This document shows positions 18,562-28,078 of a stretch of DNA of 64,000 bases, one piece after another. Below the pieces are notes generated by a model. That model saw only the letters and a list, made by a program, of their open reading frames with translations. It was not told where the DNA came from and did no database searches. Made by a program: the position numbers and the translations under genes. The DNA lies in assembly GCA_015064505.1 (NCBI GenBank), contig SVSB01000002.1, positions 47,229-111,228 on the forward strand, written 5' to 3'. The stretch's first letter is position 1. Every line of letters begins with the position of its first letter. This DNA is from Oscillospiraceae bacterium (GTDB lineage Bacteria > Bacillota > Clostridia > Oscillospirales > CAG-272).

Positions 18562-19857
18562 TTATATGCAGAACGCCGCATAAAGCGGTACCGTCTTTTT
18601 TCCGTTCTCAAATCCAAAATTTTTAGCAGATAGCTTTATGGCATAATCGGGTTTGTAAGCCGCCATATATATATTCAAGCTTTTTGCTCGCGTATTATCT
18701 GCAGATTTAACTTCTATCGGAATGAGTCTACCGTTTCTTTGAATTACGAAATCCACCTCCGCACCGCGATCCGACTCCCAATAGAAAGACGCGTATCCGT
18801 TTGCAACAAGTTGAATATTCACGTAATTCTCTACCATTCCACCCTTAAAATCGTTCAGTTCTTCGGACGTATAAAGCACGTCTGCCGGTATAATATCTTT
18901 TTTGGCACACAGCAGACCCATATCGGATACGTATACCTTGAATGCGTCAATATCCCTGTAGTTCTCCAACGGCTTTTTAATATCCTCGGCTTTATACACC
19001 TGCGCTACTATTCCCGAAAGCACCAACCATTCGATCGCATTTTCAAATTCCGAAGCTCTGCCTCCCTTTTTCACCAGCTTATATTGGAACCGGGTATTCT
19101 TTTTGGATAGCTGGACGGTAATATTATCATAAACTAACCGCGTTTTCTTTATCTCGTTAAGATTATTGTATTTGCTCATATCGTTGAGATAGCTTGCAAG
19201 AATATTGCTCTGAACATGACGAACGAGAATAAGATCGCGGGTATTTACGTACTGCATTACGCATTCGGGCATCCCTCCTACGACAAGATACTGTCTGTAA
19301 ATACTCATTGCCGAGCTGTGCATCGCTGCAGGCATCGGGCTGTCACTTTCAAAGCATTCCTTTATCCTTGATACAGAATCTGCTTCACCGAGAGCAAGCA
19401 TAAACTCTTCCATATCCATGGGATACATAGTTTTGATATCGACTTTCCCAACGGGAAAAGAAAAACGCTCTCTGTTGACCGCAACGCCAAGCAGACTTCC
19501 CGCAACGATCAAATGATATTCGGGGGCTTCTTCACAAAAATACTTCAGTGAAGTCAACGCCCTTTCGCACAGCTGAACCTCGTCGAAGAAAATAAGAGTT
19601 TTATCTTTAATTATCGTCTGTCCCGCCAAATGAGAAAGAACGGGAATCAAATAAGAAGGACTTATACTCTCTTCAAAAGTTTTTGCCAGCTTTGGATCGC
19701 TCTCAAAATTGAAATACGCCACGTTCTCATAATGCGTACGACCGAATTCCAAAACGGAAAAGGTCTTTCCAACCTGCCTTGCCCCCTGCAAAATAAGCGG
19801 TTTACGGCAAGGACTGTTTTTCCATTCTTCGAGATATCTTGTTATCTTTCTGTACAT
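18562..19857 (-). CDS. AAA+ ATPase of the AAA_14 / DUF4143 family (431 aa from ATG 19857)
   Basis: Walker A GARQVGKT, Walker B LIFFDEVQ. aagaggtg RBS before MYRKITRYLEEW. Confidence 0.7.
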   Translation of the reverse strand: MYRKITRYLEEWKNSPCRKPLILQGARQVGKTFSVLEFGRTHYENVAYFNFESDPKLAKTFEESISPSYLIPVLSHLAGQTIIKDKTLIFFDEVQLCERALTSLKYFCEEAPEYHLIVAGSLLGVAVNRERFSFPVGKVDIKTMYPMDMEEFMLALGEADSVSRIKECFESDSPMPAAMHSSAMSIYRQYLVVGGMPECVMQYVNTRDLILVRHVQSNILASYLNDMSKYNNLNEIKKTRLVYDNITVQLSKKNTRFQYKLVKKGGRASEFENAIEWLVLSGIVAQVYKAEDIKKPLENYRDIDAFKVYVSDMGLLCAKKDIIPADVLYTSEELNDFKGGMVENYVNIQLVANGYASFYWESDRGAEVDFVIQRNGRLIPIEVKSADNTRAKSLNIYMAAYKPDYAIKLSAKNFGFENGKKTVPLYAAFCI

Positions 19858-20036
19858 AACGCACCTCTTTATACCTTTATGTATATAAGATAACACACAT
19901 TCGTGTAAAAATCAATATATTATCACCGAATTTTCACACTAAAATGCACCATATTTTTCAAACAAATATCATTATTTGACAGATAACCAAAAAATGCGGC
20001 TGGCATACCTGCTTTTGCAGTTCGCCAACCGTATTT

Positions 20037-20741
20037 TTATTTCTTTAATCTCTTATCGCACTTAACGGTCAGCTTTGTTCCGACTGTCTGGAAGAGCTGA
20101 ACGAGAACGATAAGCAAAATTACGGCGATTATCATTATAAGGGTCTTATACCTGTAATAGCCGTAATTTATGGCGATGCTTCCAAGTCCACCGCCGCCGA
20201 TGATACCGCTCATTGCGGAATAACCGAGAATGGTGGTAACGGCAATAGTGGCGTTTGAGATAAGGGAGGGAACGCACTCGGGGATCATTACCTTAACGAT
20301 TATCTGCATAGGGGATGCGCCCATGCTCTGTGCCGCCTCGATGATATTGGGGTTAAGCTCACGGAGCGAGCTTTCCACAAGGCGCGCCACGAAGGGAAAT
20401 GCGGCAATGGTAAGAGGCACGATAAGCGCCACGGTACCAACCGTTGTTCCCACGATAAGGCGGGAGATGGGGAAAACCAAAATCATAAGTATAAGGAAGG
20501 GCACGGAGCGAAGCAGATTGATGATAACGCCGAGAGTCTGCATCAGCCACGCAGGAAGGGGCAGGACCCCGTTTTTTTCGCCCGCAACGAGCAAAACGCC
20601 CAGAGGCATACCGATAATCACCGCAAGAAGCGTTGACACCACGGTAACGTAAAAGGTCTCCCACAGCGCCATGGGGAACTCGGTGATAAATATCTCCCAA
20701 GCCTCTGTAAGCGCCTCGGAGGAAAATACGTCATTCCACAT
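20037..20741 (-). CDS. metI: Methionine ABC transporter permease
   Basis: 5-TM ABC permease with the EAA-like loop. Overlaps the metN stop. Conserved metN-metI order. Confidence 0.8.
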   Translation of the reverse strand: MWNDVFSSEALTEAWEIFITEFPMALWETFYVTVVSTLLAVIIGMPLGVLLVAGEKNGVLPLPAWLMQTLGVIINLLRSVPFLILMILVFPISRLIVGTTVGTVALIVPLTIAAFPFVARLVESSLRELNPNIIEAAQSMGASPMQIIVKVMIPECVPSLISNATIAVTTILGYSAMSGIIGGGGLGSIAINYGYYRYKTLIMIIAVILLIVLVQLFQTVGTKLTVKCDKRLKK

Positions 20742-21747
20742 CCGCGGTCACCTCCTCCGTAATAACGTCGCCCACGCTCTCAAGATATTTTACGGCACGG
20801 GCAAGCTCGTCGCTGCCGCCGGGAATACCCAGAAGCATATTTCCGAAAACCTTCTCTCCGATGGTACGGGTGGACGCGGAGAGAATATTGGGGGTGATGT
20901 TGATATCAAGCGCCATTTTGGTTATAAGGGGAGCGCTTGCCGCCTCGGAGCCGTGGAATACCACGCGAAGCAGCTTTTCTCCGCTTTTCGGTGCCGAGAT
21001 AATGGCATCCGCCCCGTCGGGGAACACAAGGCGCTTTGCCGCCTTGCTCTTGGGGGTGGAGAACACCGTTGCAACGTCTCCCTGCTCCACAACAACGCCG
21101 TTATCAAGAATGGCAACTCTGTTGCATATCTCCTCAACGACGCTCATCTGGTGAGTGATGATTATAACGGTGATACCAAGCTTACGGTTGATATCACGGA
21201 TAAGCTCAAGGATGGAATGGGTGGTCTTGGGGTCAAGGGCACTGGTTGCCTCGTCGCACAACAGAACCTCGGGGTCCGTTGCAAGAGCTCTTGCAATGGC
21301 AATTCTCTGCTGCTGACCGCCCGAAAGCTGTGCGGGGTAAGCCTCTGCCTTATCGGGCAGACCTACCACCTCCAGAAGCTCCAGCGCACGGGCTTTGGCT
21401 TCCGCCTTTTTGACACCCGCAAGCTCCAGGGGGAACATAATATTTTTCAGGCAGGTGCGCTGCATAAGCAGATTGAAGCCCTGAAATATCATGGTCACCT
21501 TGCGGCGAACCTTGCGAAGCTCCTTTTCGGAAAGGGCGCCCATATCGGTACCGTCTATAAGCACGGTGCCCTCCGTGGGGCGCTCCAGCATATTGATGCA
21601 ACGTACAAGGGTGCTCTTTCCCGCACCGCTCATACCTATTATGCCGTAAATATCACCGTTTTCAACGGTGAGATCCACGTTTTTAAGCGCTTCAAAGGAG
21701 CCGTCGGCTCCTTTGAAGGCTTTCGTAAGGTGTTTAATTTCGATCAT
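20731..21747 (-). CDS. metN: Methionine ABC transporter ATP-binding protein with C-terminal NIL domain
   Basis: Walker A GMSGAGKST, LSGGQQQR signature, Walker B LLCDEATSALD. C-terminal ~100 aa NIL / ACT-like domain. Confidence 0.85.
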   Translation of the reverse strand: MIEIKHLTKAFKGADGSFEALKNVDLTVENGDIYGIIGMSGAGKSTLVRCINMLERPTEGTVLIDGTDMGALSEKELRKVRRKVTMIFQGFNLLMQRTCLKNIMFPLELAGVKKAEAKARALELLEVVGLPDKAEAYPAQLSGGQQQRIAIARALATDPEVLLCDEATSALDPKTTHSILELIRDINRKLGITVIIITHQMSVVEEICNRVAILDNGVVVEQGDVATVFSTPKSKAAKRLVFPDGADAIISAPKSGEKLLRVVFHGSEAASAPLITKMALDINITPNILSASTRTIGEKVFGNMLLGIPGGSDELARAVKYLESVGDVITEEVTADVE

Positions 21748-22598
21748 TTGGTCTTGATGGCGTCAAGAGTGGTCTGCTTGCCGCCGTAGATGCCCAGAGG
21801 CTCTACGTGGATAGCACCTGCAGAAACCAGCTTGGTGCCGTTTTCCTTGTTAAAGTCCTCAAGATAGGGGAGATGCTGGAAGTAGTTTGCGTCGATCTCG
21901 CCGTCGTTTACAACGTTATTGGGGATAACGTAATCGGAAAATTCCTTAATTTCAAGGGTGATGCCCTTCTCCGCAAGGATCTCCTTTGCAACCGCAAGGA
22001 TCTCTGCGTGAGGCGCGGGAGAAGCGGCAACGCTGATCTTGGTGCCGTTCAGAGCCGCGTAATCAACGGTAGCGTCAAAGCCGTCACCGGGATTCTCGAT
22101 AACGGAAACAACTGCTCCGCCGTATTTCTGTGCGATAAAATCAGCAACCTTCTTGGAGGAAAGAGCGGCAACGAGAGCCTTGGTCTTGGGGCTGTTCTCG
22201 TTTCCTTCCTTTACCGCAACGATGTTGGAGTACGCAGAAGCGGCACCCTCGGAGGCGAGAGACTTCTCAACGGGGTTAATACCTGCGGCAATGGCGTAAT
22301 TGGAGTTTATAACGGCGTAGTCAACGTCCTGAAGAACGCGGGGAAGCTGTGCTGCCTCCGTTTCCTTGAAGGTGACGTTGTAGGGGTTCTCTACGATATC
22401 GCGGATGGTTGCGGCAATGCCTGCGCCTTCCTTCAGCTTGATTATGCCGTTTGCCTCAAGAAGGAGAAGTGCACGTGCCTCGTTAGTGGTATCGTTGGGG
22501 ATCGCGATGGTGATACCCTTATTTCCGCAAGCGGAAAGGGTAAGAACTGCGGCGAACACGAAGAGAGCCGCAAGAAAGACAGACACGATTCTTTTCAT
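21744..22598 (-). CDS. metQ: Methionine-binding lipoprotein (NlpA / MetQ family)
   Basis: Signal peptide + lipobox (LSACGNK). NlpA-family sequence. aaggagaaacgaa RBS. Confidence 0.85.
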   Translation of the reverse strand: MKRIVSVFLAALFVFAAVLTLSACGNKGITIAIPNDTTNEARALLLLEANGIIKLKEGAGIAATIRDIVENPYNVTFKETEAAQLPRVLQDVDYAVINSNYAIAAGINPVEKSLASEGAASAYSNIVAVKEGNENSPKTKALVAALSSKKVADFIAQKYGGAVVSVIENPGDGFDATVDYAALNGTKISVAASPAPHAEILAVAKEILAEKGITLEIKEFSDYVIPNNVVNDGEIDANYFQHLPYLEDFNKENGTKLVSAGAIHVEPLGIYGGKQTTLDAIKTK

Positions 22599-22635
22599 TT
22601 CGTTTCTCCTTTGGTTTTTTATTTTTAGTAATTAT

Positions 22636-23808
22636 TTATATTCTTGCAACGCCGGTCTTGCGGGCGGTGTCCATAACTGCCTCTGCAACTACCTTTGCAA
22701 CGCGCTTGTCAAGAGCGGTGGGAATGATGTTCTCCTCGTTAAGCTCATCCTCGGAGATAAGGGAAGCGAGAGCATAGGAGGTTGCAACCTTCATTTCCTC
22801 GTTGATGCAGCTTGCGCGGCAATCAAGAGCACCGCGGAAGATGCCGGGGAATGCAAGTACGTTGTTGATCTGGTTGGGGAAGTCGCTTCTTCCGGTACCA
22901 ACAACTCTTGCGCCTGCCTTCTTTGCAAGGTCGGGCATAATTTCGGGAACGGGGTTTGCCATGGGGAATACGATGGCGTCGTCTGCCATACTCTTTACCA
23001 TATCCTCGGTTACGATGCCGGGAGCGGAAACGCCGATAAATACGTCTGCGCCCTTCATTGCATCGGCAAGAGTGCCGCGAAGCATACCGCGGTTGGTGAT
23101 CTTTGCCATTTCTGCCTGTGCGGGGTTCATTTCCTCAACGCCCTCGCAAAGAGTGCCGAACTTATCGCACATAATGATATTCTTGAAGCCAACGTTGAGA
23201 AGATGCTTTGCAATAGCGATACCTGCAGAGCCTGCGCCGCTCATTGCGATCTTAACGTCCTCGTTCTTCTTGCCAACTACCTTAACGGCGTTGAGAAGAG
23301 CGGCGGCAACTACGATGGCAGTACCGTGCTGGTCATCGTGGAATATCGGAATATCGCACTCCTCCTTCAGTCTGCGCTCGATCTCGAAGCAGCGGGGAGC
23401 GCTGATATCCTCAAGATTGATTCCGCCGAAGCTGCCGGAAATAAGGGAAACGGTGCGAACGATCTCGTCAACGTCCTTGGACTTAACGCAGATGGGGAAT
23501 GCGTCAACGTCTGCAAAAGCCTTGAAGAGAGCGCACTTACCCTCCATAACGGGCATACCTGCCTCGGGTCCGATATCACCAAGACCGAGAACTGCGGTAC
23601 CGTCGGTAATAACCGCAACCAGGTTGCTGCGGCGGGTAAGCTCGTAGGACTTGTTTACGTCGCCGTTGATAACCATGCAAGCCTCTGCAACGCCGGGGGT
23701 GTAGCAAAGGGAAAGATCCTCACGGGTCTCGGCAGGGCAACGGGTGATGACCTCTATCTTGCCCTTCCATTCGTAATGCTTTTTGAGAGATTCCTGTCTG
23801 ATATCCAT
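22636..23808 (-). CDS. NAD(P)-dependent malic enzyme (short form), 390 aa
   Basis: Malic-enzyme motifs CYTPGVAEAC, ITDGTAVLGLGDIG, SGAGSAGIAIA. RBS caaggag. Confidence 0.85.
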   Translation of the reverse strand: MDIRQESLKKHYEWKGKIEVITRCPAETREDLSLCYTPGVAEACMVINGDVNKSYELTRRSNLVAVITDGTAVLGLGDIGPEAGMPVMEGKCALFKAFADVDAFPICVKSKDVDEIVRTVSLISGSFGGINLEDISAPRCFEIERRLKEECDIPIFHDDQHGTAIVVAAALLNAVKVVGKKNEDVKIAMSGAGSAGIAIAKHLLNVGFKNIIMCDKFGTLCEGVEEMNPAQAEMAKITNRGMLRGTLADAMKGADVFIGVSAPGIVTEDMVKSMADDAIVFPMANPVPEIMPDLAKKAGARVVGTGRSDFPNQINNVLAFPGIFRGALDCRASCINEEMKVATSYALASLISEDELNEENIIPTALDKRVAKVVAEAVMDTARKTGVARI

Positions 23809-23843
23809 GATAATAACTCCTTGTGCGCTTTGCGCTGAAAAAT

Positions 23844-24392
23844 TTATACTTTGTTTTTCTTGAAATAAAATCTGTACCAGGAAAGGGCAACGGAAAACAT
23901 ATTGAATATCTCCGTAACGATTCCCGCTATAGCAAAATTGAATACGTTATACGTAAGCCACATGGGGCAGCATATAAAGAAGTTGAGCTTGCGGATAAAT
24001 TTTGCATCCGCATTCCAGATCGCGTACGTGAATATGATCATCGCAACGCTTGGGATAAGCTCGACCGGGTCTCCGCCAAAGGTAACGGCACCCACGACGG
24101 CAAACGCCGCGCAAAATGCCCAGAACCAAACGGAAGCAAAGGGAGTGCTTCCCTTTTTTTCACCGGGCAGGCCGCCGTTTTTGTCCCGGAAATATACCGC
24201 TATTCTCAAAAACATACCGAGAACGTTGCAAGCAAGCCCTGCATAGGCGTTAAGGAACAAAAACTGCAACGCAAACAGAACGCTTGATACTGTCTGCATA
24301 ATAAGAAGCTTGCGCACGTCCTTGAACTGGAAGGACGCAATGATTATGCAGGCGGCAACGGTGCCGAATATCTGGGAAAGCACAAAAGTCAT
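23844..24392 (-). CDS. YgjV-family inner-membrane protein (182 aa)
   Basis: Six hydrophobic helices with a YgjV-like (PF10688) pattern. Confidence 0.5.
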   Translation of the reverse strand: MTFVLSQIFGTVAACIIIASFQFKDVRKLLIMQTVSSVLFALQFLFLNAYAGLACNVLGMFLRIAVYFRDKNGGLPGEKKGSTPFASVWFWAFCAAFAVVGAVTFGGDPVELIPSVAMIIFTYAIWNADAKFIRKLNFFICCPMWLTYNVFNFAIAGIVTEIFNMFSVALSWYRFYFKKNKV

Positions 24393-24394
24393 TT

Positions 24395-25669
24395 TTATTC
24401 TTCCTCTTCTTCCCCTTCGTCGGGTCTTACCATAACGGTAAGCTTCATAACGCGCATATCCGCCATTTCGGATATGACGATGAACAGATTCTTATACTCA
24501 AAGCTGTCGCCCTCGTGAGGGTCGCCTTCAAGCATCTCGATCGCCCAACCGCCAACGGAGGTATAGTCGGACTCAAAATCTCTTGCGTTGATCTCAAGAG
24601 CCTCGAAGAAATCGTAGATGCCCATATCTCCGGAAACCTCGTAGGAGCTTTCCGCAGTCTTGACAAGCTCGGTCTTTATCTCGTCGCTCTCGTCCCAGAT
24701 CTCGCCCACTATTTCCTCAACGATATCCTCAATGGTAACCAGGCCGAGAGTTCCGCCGTACTCATCCGTAACGATGGCAAGATGGAGCTGACGCAGGCGC
24801 ATCTGGCGGAGAGCGGCGGGAAGCTTCATTGCCTTATGGAAGAAGCACCCGTCCACAAGCATATTCTCAAGATCCACGTTCTCAACGCCAACCTCGGAGA
24901 CCTTTTTAAAATAGTGATTAAGGTAGAGAACGCCGATGATATTGTCGATGCTGTCTCTGTACACGGGAATACGGGAGAAGGTGGAGGACATTGCTATCTC
25001 AAGTATCTCGTGGCACTCGTCGTCTATATCTATTGCAAGCATATCACGGCGGGGGGTAAGTATCTCGCGGAGAGTAGTTTCGCCAAACTCGATGGCAGAC
25101 TGCATCATCTCGCTGCTGCCCTCGTCGATAACGCCCTCCTCCTCGCTCTTTTCAATTATGCTCACCAGCTCCTCCTCCGTTACGGTCGGCTCTGCGGGGC
25201 CTTTATTGCCAACGGCCTTGGAGATAAGCTTAACCACGGAAAGAGAAAGGTAAATAAGGGGAGAAAAAACGAGCAGGATAACGCGCAGGGGAACGCAAAC
25301 GAACTTTGCAAAGCTTTCGGGAGAATTGTTTGCCACAAGCTTGGGAACTATCTCGCCGAAAATAAGTATTATAACCGTCATAATAACGGTGGACATGGTT
25401 GCGGCAAGTCCCTCGTCCTTGAAGATCTCAAGGAAGATAAGAGTTGCGATGGACGAACAAAGGATGTTTACCAGATTGTTACCGATAAGCACGCCCGAGA
25501 GCATAAAATCGTACTTGGAGCTTATCTTGAGGGCAAGCGCGGCGCGCTTGTCGCCCTCTTCCGCAAGCTTCTGAAGGCGCAGCTTGTTTACCGCAGTCAT
25601 AGAAAGCTCGGAGCCTGAAAAGAACGCGGACATACAGATGGTAAACAGCATAATAATATACTTTATCAT
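24395..25669 (-). CDS. CNNM / HlyC-CorC family transporter, paralog 2 (424 aa)
   Basis: DUF21-CBS-CorC architecture. Start ATG overlaps the upstream gene's stop (ATGA). Confidence 0.8.
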   Translation of the reverse strand: MIKYIIMLFTICMSAFFSGSELSMTAVNKLRLQKLAEEGDKRAALALKISSKYDFMLSGVLIGNNLVNILCSSIATLIFLEIFKDEGLAATMSTVIMTVIILIFGEIVPKLVANNSPESFAKFVCVPLRVILLVFSPLIYLSLSVVKLISKAVGNKGPAEPTVTEEELVSIIEKSEEEGVIDEGSSEMMQSAIEFGETTLREILTPRRDMLAIDIDDECHEILEIAMSSTFSRIPVYRDSIDNIIGVLYLNHYFKKVSEVGVENVDLENMLVDGCFFHKAMKLPAALRQMRLRQLHLAIVTDEYGGTLGLVTIEDIVEEIVGEIWDESDEIKTELVKTAESSYEVSGDMGIYDFFEALEINARDFESDYTSVGGWAIEMLEGDPHEGDSFEYKNLFIVISEMADMRVMKLTVMVRPDEGEEEEE

Positions 25670-26988
25670 TTGCTTACCTCCTCAGCCTGCTCTGCCGCAT
25701 CGGTCGCGTCCTCCGCTTCGTCCTCGTCGCGGATGCTTACGGTAATACGGATAACTCTGCCGTCGTCGTCAACGTCGGTAGCCTCAAAGGTAAGATCGCC
25801 GTACTCAAAGCACTCGTCCTCCTCTGGCACGTGACCCAGATTTTCTATCATCCAGGTGTTAAGGGTCTTGGAGCGGATGCGGGTATCAACGACAGTTCTG
25901 CCCAAACGGGAAAAGGTGTCTCCCACCGTAAGACGGGCGTTGACGTCGTAATTATATCCGCCAAGCTTGATGAAGTTCTTATCGACCACGTCGTCCTCGT
26001 CCCATATCTCGCCCACTATCTCCTCAACGAAGTCCTCGATGGTGGCGATTCCCTTGAATTCGCCCTCCTCGTCCTTTACGACTGCCATGTATACCTTTGA
26101 ATTACGCATGGTATCGAAAAGCTCGTGCACGGGGGTGGTGGGAAGCACCACGAGAGGCTGATACATAAGGGAGCGCAGATTTGTGGTCTCCTTATTTATG
26201 TATTTTTTCAAAAAAGGTCTGATGGGTAAAACGCCAACGATATTATCCGCACTTCCCTCGTACAGGGGAAGTCTGGAGTGGCGGGTGTTGCGGACTATGT
26301 TAAGCATTTCGTTTTCCGATAAGGTAATATCGATAAGCTCAACGTCCTCCCTTACGGTCATAACCTCGCTTACCGTAGTCTCGGAAAACTCCATTGCGGA
26401 CTGAAGAAGCTCACTGCTCTCCTCGTCAAGCACGCCCTCTTCCTCACCCGTTTCGATAATGGTCACCAGCTCCTCCTCCGTGTATGTCGGCTCCTCGTTC
26501 TTCGGGAACAGACGAACGAGCAGGCTGGAAATGCCGGAAAATAACCAGACGAAGGGGGTAAGCACCGTCATCATAACGCGAAGAGACGGAGCAAAGGCGC
26601 AAGCGACCTTTTCGCTGTTTGCCTTTGCAAGGCACTTGGGAACAAGCTCACTTGCAAAATAAACGACGATGGTGGTCACCACGGTAGCAATGGTGGTTGC
26701 GGTTCCCTGACCGTATATCTCGCCCCAAAGGTCAAGGCCGATAACGGTGGAAAGAGATGCACATCCGATATGCATAACGTTGGTACCGATAAGAAGCGCG
26801 GTAATGGCCTTGTCGAAATCTTCGGAGATTCCCATGGCTTTTTTTGCCTTACGGTCTCCATCCTCCGCAAGATTCTTAACGCGGATCTTATTCATGCCGG
26901 AAAATGCGCTTTCGGCGGCGGCACAGTATGCAGCACCGAAAAGGAAGCAGATGTAGATAGCTAGCTTCACCCAACTGTCACTGTCCAT
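25666..26988 (-). CDS. CNNM / HlyC-CorC family transporter, paralog 3 (440 aa)
   Basis: Same architecture. Translationally coupled to paralog 2. Confidence 0.8.
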   Translation of the reverse strand: MDSDSWVKLAIYICFLFGAAYCAAAESAFSGMNKIRVKNLAEDGDRKAKKAMGISEDFDKAITALLIGTNVMHIGCASLSTVIGLDLWGEIYGQGTATTIATVVTTIVVYFASELVPKCLAKANSEKVACAFAPSLRVMMTVLTPFVWLFSGISSLLVRLFPKNEEPTYTEEELVTIIETGEEEGVLDEESSELLQSAMEFSETTVSEVMTVREDVELIDITLSENEMLNIVRNTRHSRLPLYEGSADNIVGVLPIRPFLKKYINKETTNLRSLMYQPLVVLPTTPVHELFDTMRNSKVYMAVVKDEEGEFKGIATIEDFVEEIVGEIWDEDDVVDKNFIKLGGYNYDVNARLTVGDTFSRLGRTVVDTRIRSKTLNTWMIENLGHVPEEDECFEYGDLTFEATDVDDDGRVIRITVSIRDEDEAEDATDAAEQAEEVSK

Positions 26989-27077
26989 TTAAGTCGTTTT
27001 TCATCCTTTCATTAAATACAAAATTGTCAAAAGGGCATACCTCACCCATTTAACATATTAACTTATATTATATAATG

Positions 27078-27947
27078 TCACCCTTTGTTTGTCAACCCTA
27101 AAATGAACTCGAAAACAAGGTCGTAAAGCTCTCTGCTCCACACTCCCGTACCGTCGTGTGCCGCACCCTCAACGTTAACGTAGCAGCATTCACAGCCCGC
27201 ATCCTCAAGGAGCTTATACATACTTTCCGACTCAAGGGGAAGCACTATTTTATCCTCACTTCCGTGGACGATCATGGTTGGCTGCATTATGCGTTTTTCC
27301 TTAAATATCCGCTCGGGGCTCATTGCCTCCATAATGGCGATGCGCTCTTCAAGATTTGCGTCCTTGCCGCAGAAGGAGGTGCAGAAATCGTTCTTCATCC
27401 AGTCGTCGGTTCCTCTTATATGAGCCGCAAAGCGCAAAAGATCCGTAGGTCCGCACACTGCAACGACACCGCTGACAGCGTCGCTCTCCTTTGCGTATTC
27501 CTCCGTCTTGTAGCGGGGATCGTCGCCCGTCTGACCCATAAGGAGCGCGGTGTTACCGCCCGAGGACGAACCGCCGAAGTATACTCTTTCCTTGTCTATG
27601 CAATATTTATCCGCATTTGCACGCAGAAAACGCACCGCTGTCTTTGAATCCTCAAGAAACGCAGGAGCGGGATAGCCCTTATTGCGGTCGCGGTGGGTTA
27701 TCATCGCAACGCCGATACCTCTTTCCGCAAAGTCCATAAACATAGCCATCTTGGGATATACGTTGGGGTAGGTCCAGCCGCTTCCCTGCAAAAAAACGAA
27801 AAGAGGATGCTTGACGTCCGTTTCACGGGGCAAAAGGAGCTGCATCTTCAGCTCAACTCCCGTTGCGGTGGAAAAAACCACGTCGGGATAATAGGTGCTC
27901 ATATTTCTGTATTTTCTGTTTTCCTTAAGGGTAGTATATTTCTCCAT
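27078..27947 (-). CDS. Alpha/beta-hydrolase fold esterase / lipase (290 aa from ATG 27947)
   Basis: Nucleophile elbow GGSSSGG (GxSxG). HGSEDKIV His region. aaaaggagatctt RBS before MEKYTTLKEN. Confidence 0.7.
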   Translation of the reverse strand: MEKYTTLKENRKYRNMSTYYPDVVFSTATGVELKMQLLLPRETDVKHPLFVFLQGSGWTYPNVYPKMAMFMDFAERGIGVAMITHRDRNKGYPAPAFLEDSKTAVRFLRANADKYCIDKERVYFGGSSSGGNTALLMGQTGDDPRYKTEEYAKESDAVSGVVAVCGPTDLLRFAAHIRGTDDWMKNDFCTSFCGKDANLEERIAIMEAMSPERIFKEKRIMQPTMIVHGSEDKIVLPLESESMYKLLEDAGCECCYVNVEGAAHDGTGVWSRELYDLVFEFILGLTNKG

Positions 27948-28078
27948 AAGATCTCCTTTTGGGAAATTGTATTTTTTTATTATTTTAACACATCCGATAT
28001 TGCACTTCAATAGCACGGCTTGACTTTTACCCGTTTTTTACTGTATACTGAAGCTATATTAAAGAAAGGTATAAGTCT

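Noticed and set aside
20671-23838. Plus-strand ORFs of 372, 273 and 477 aa.
   Set aside because: They are antisense to metN, metQ and malic enzyme respectively, all of which carry unmistakable family signatures.
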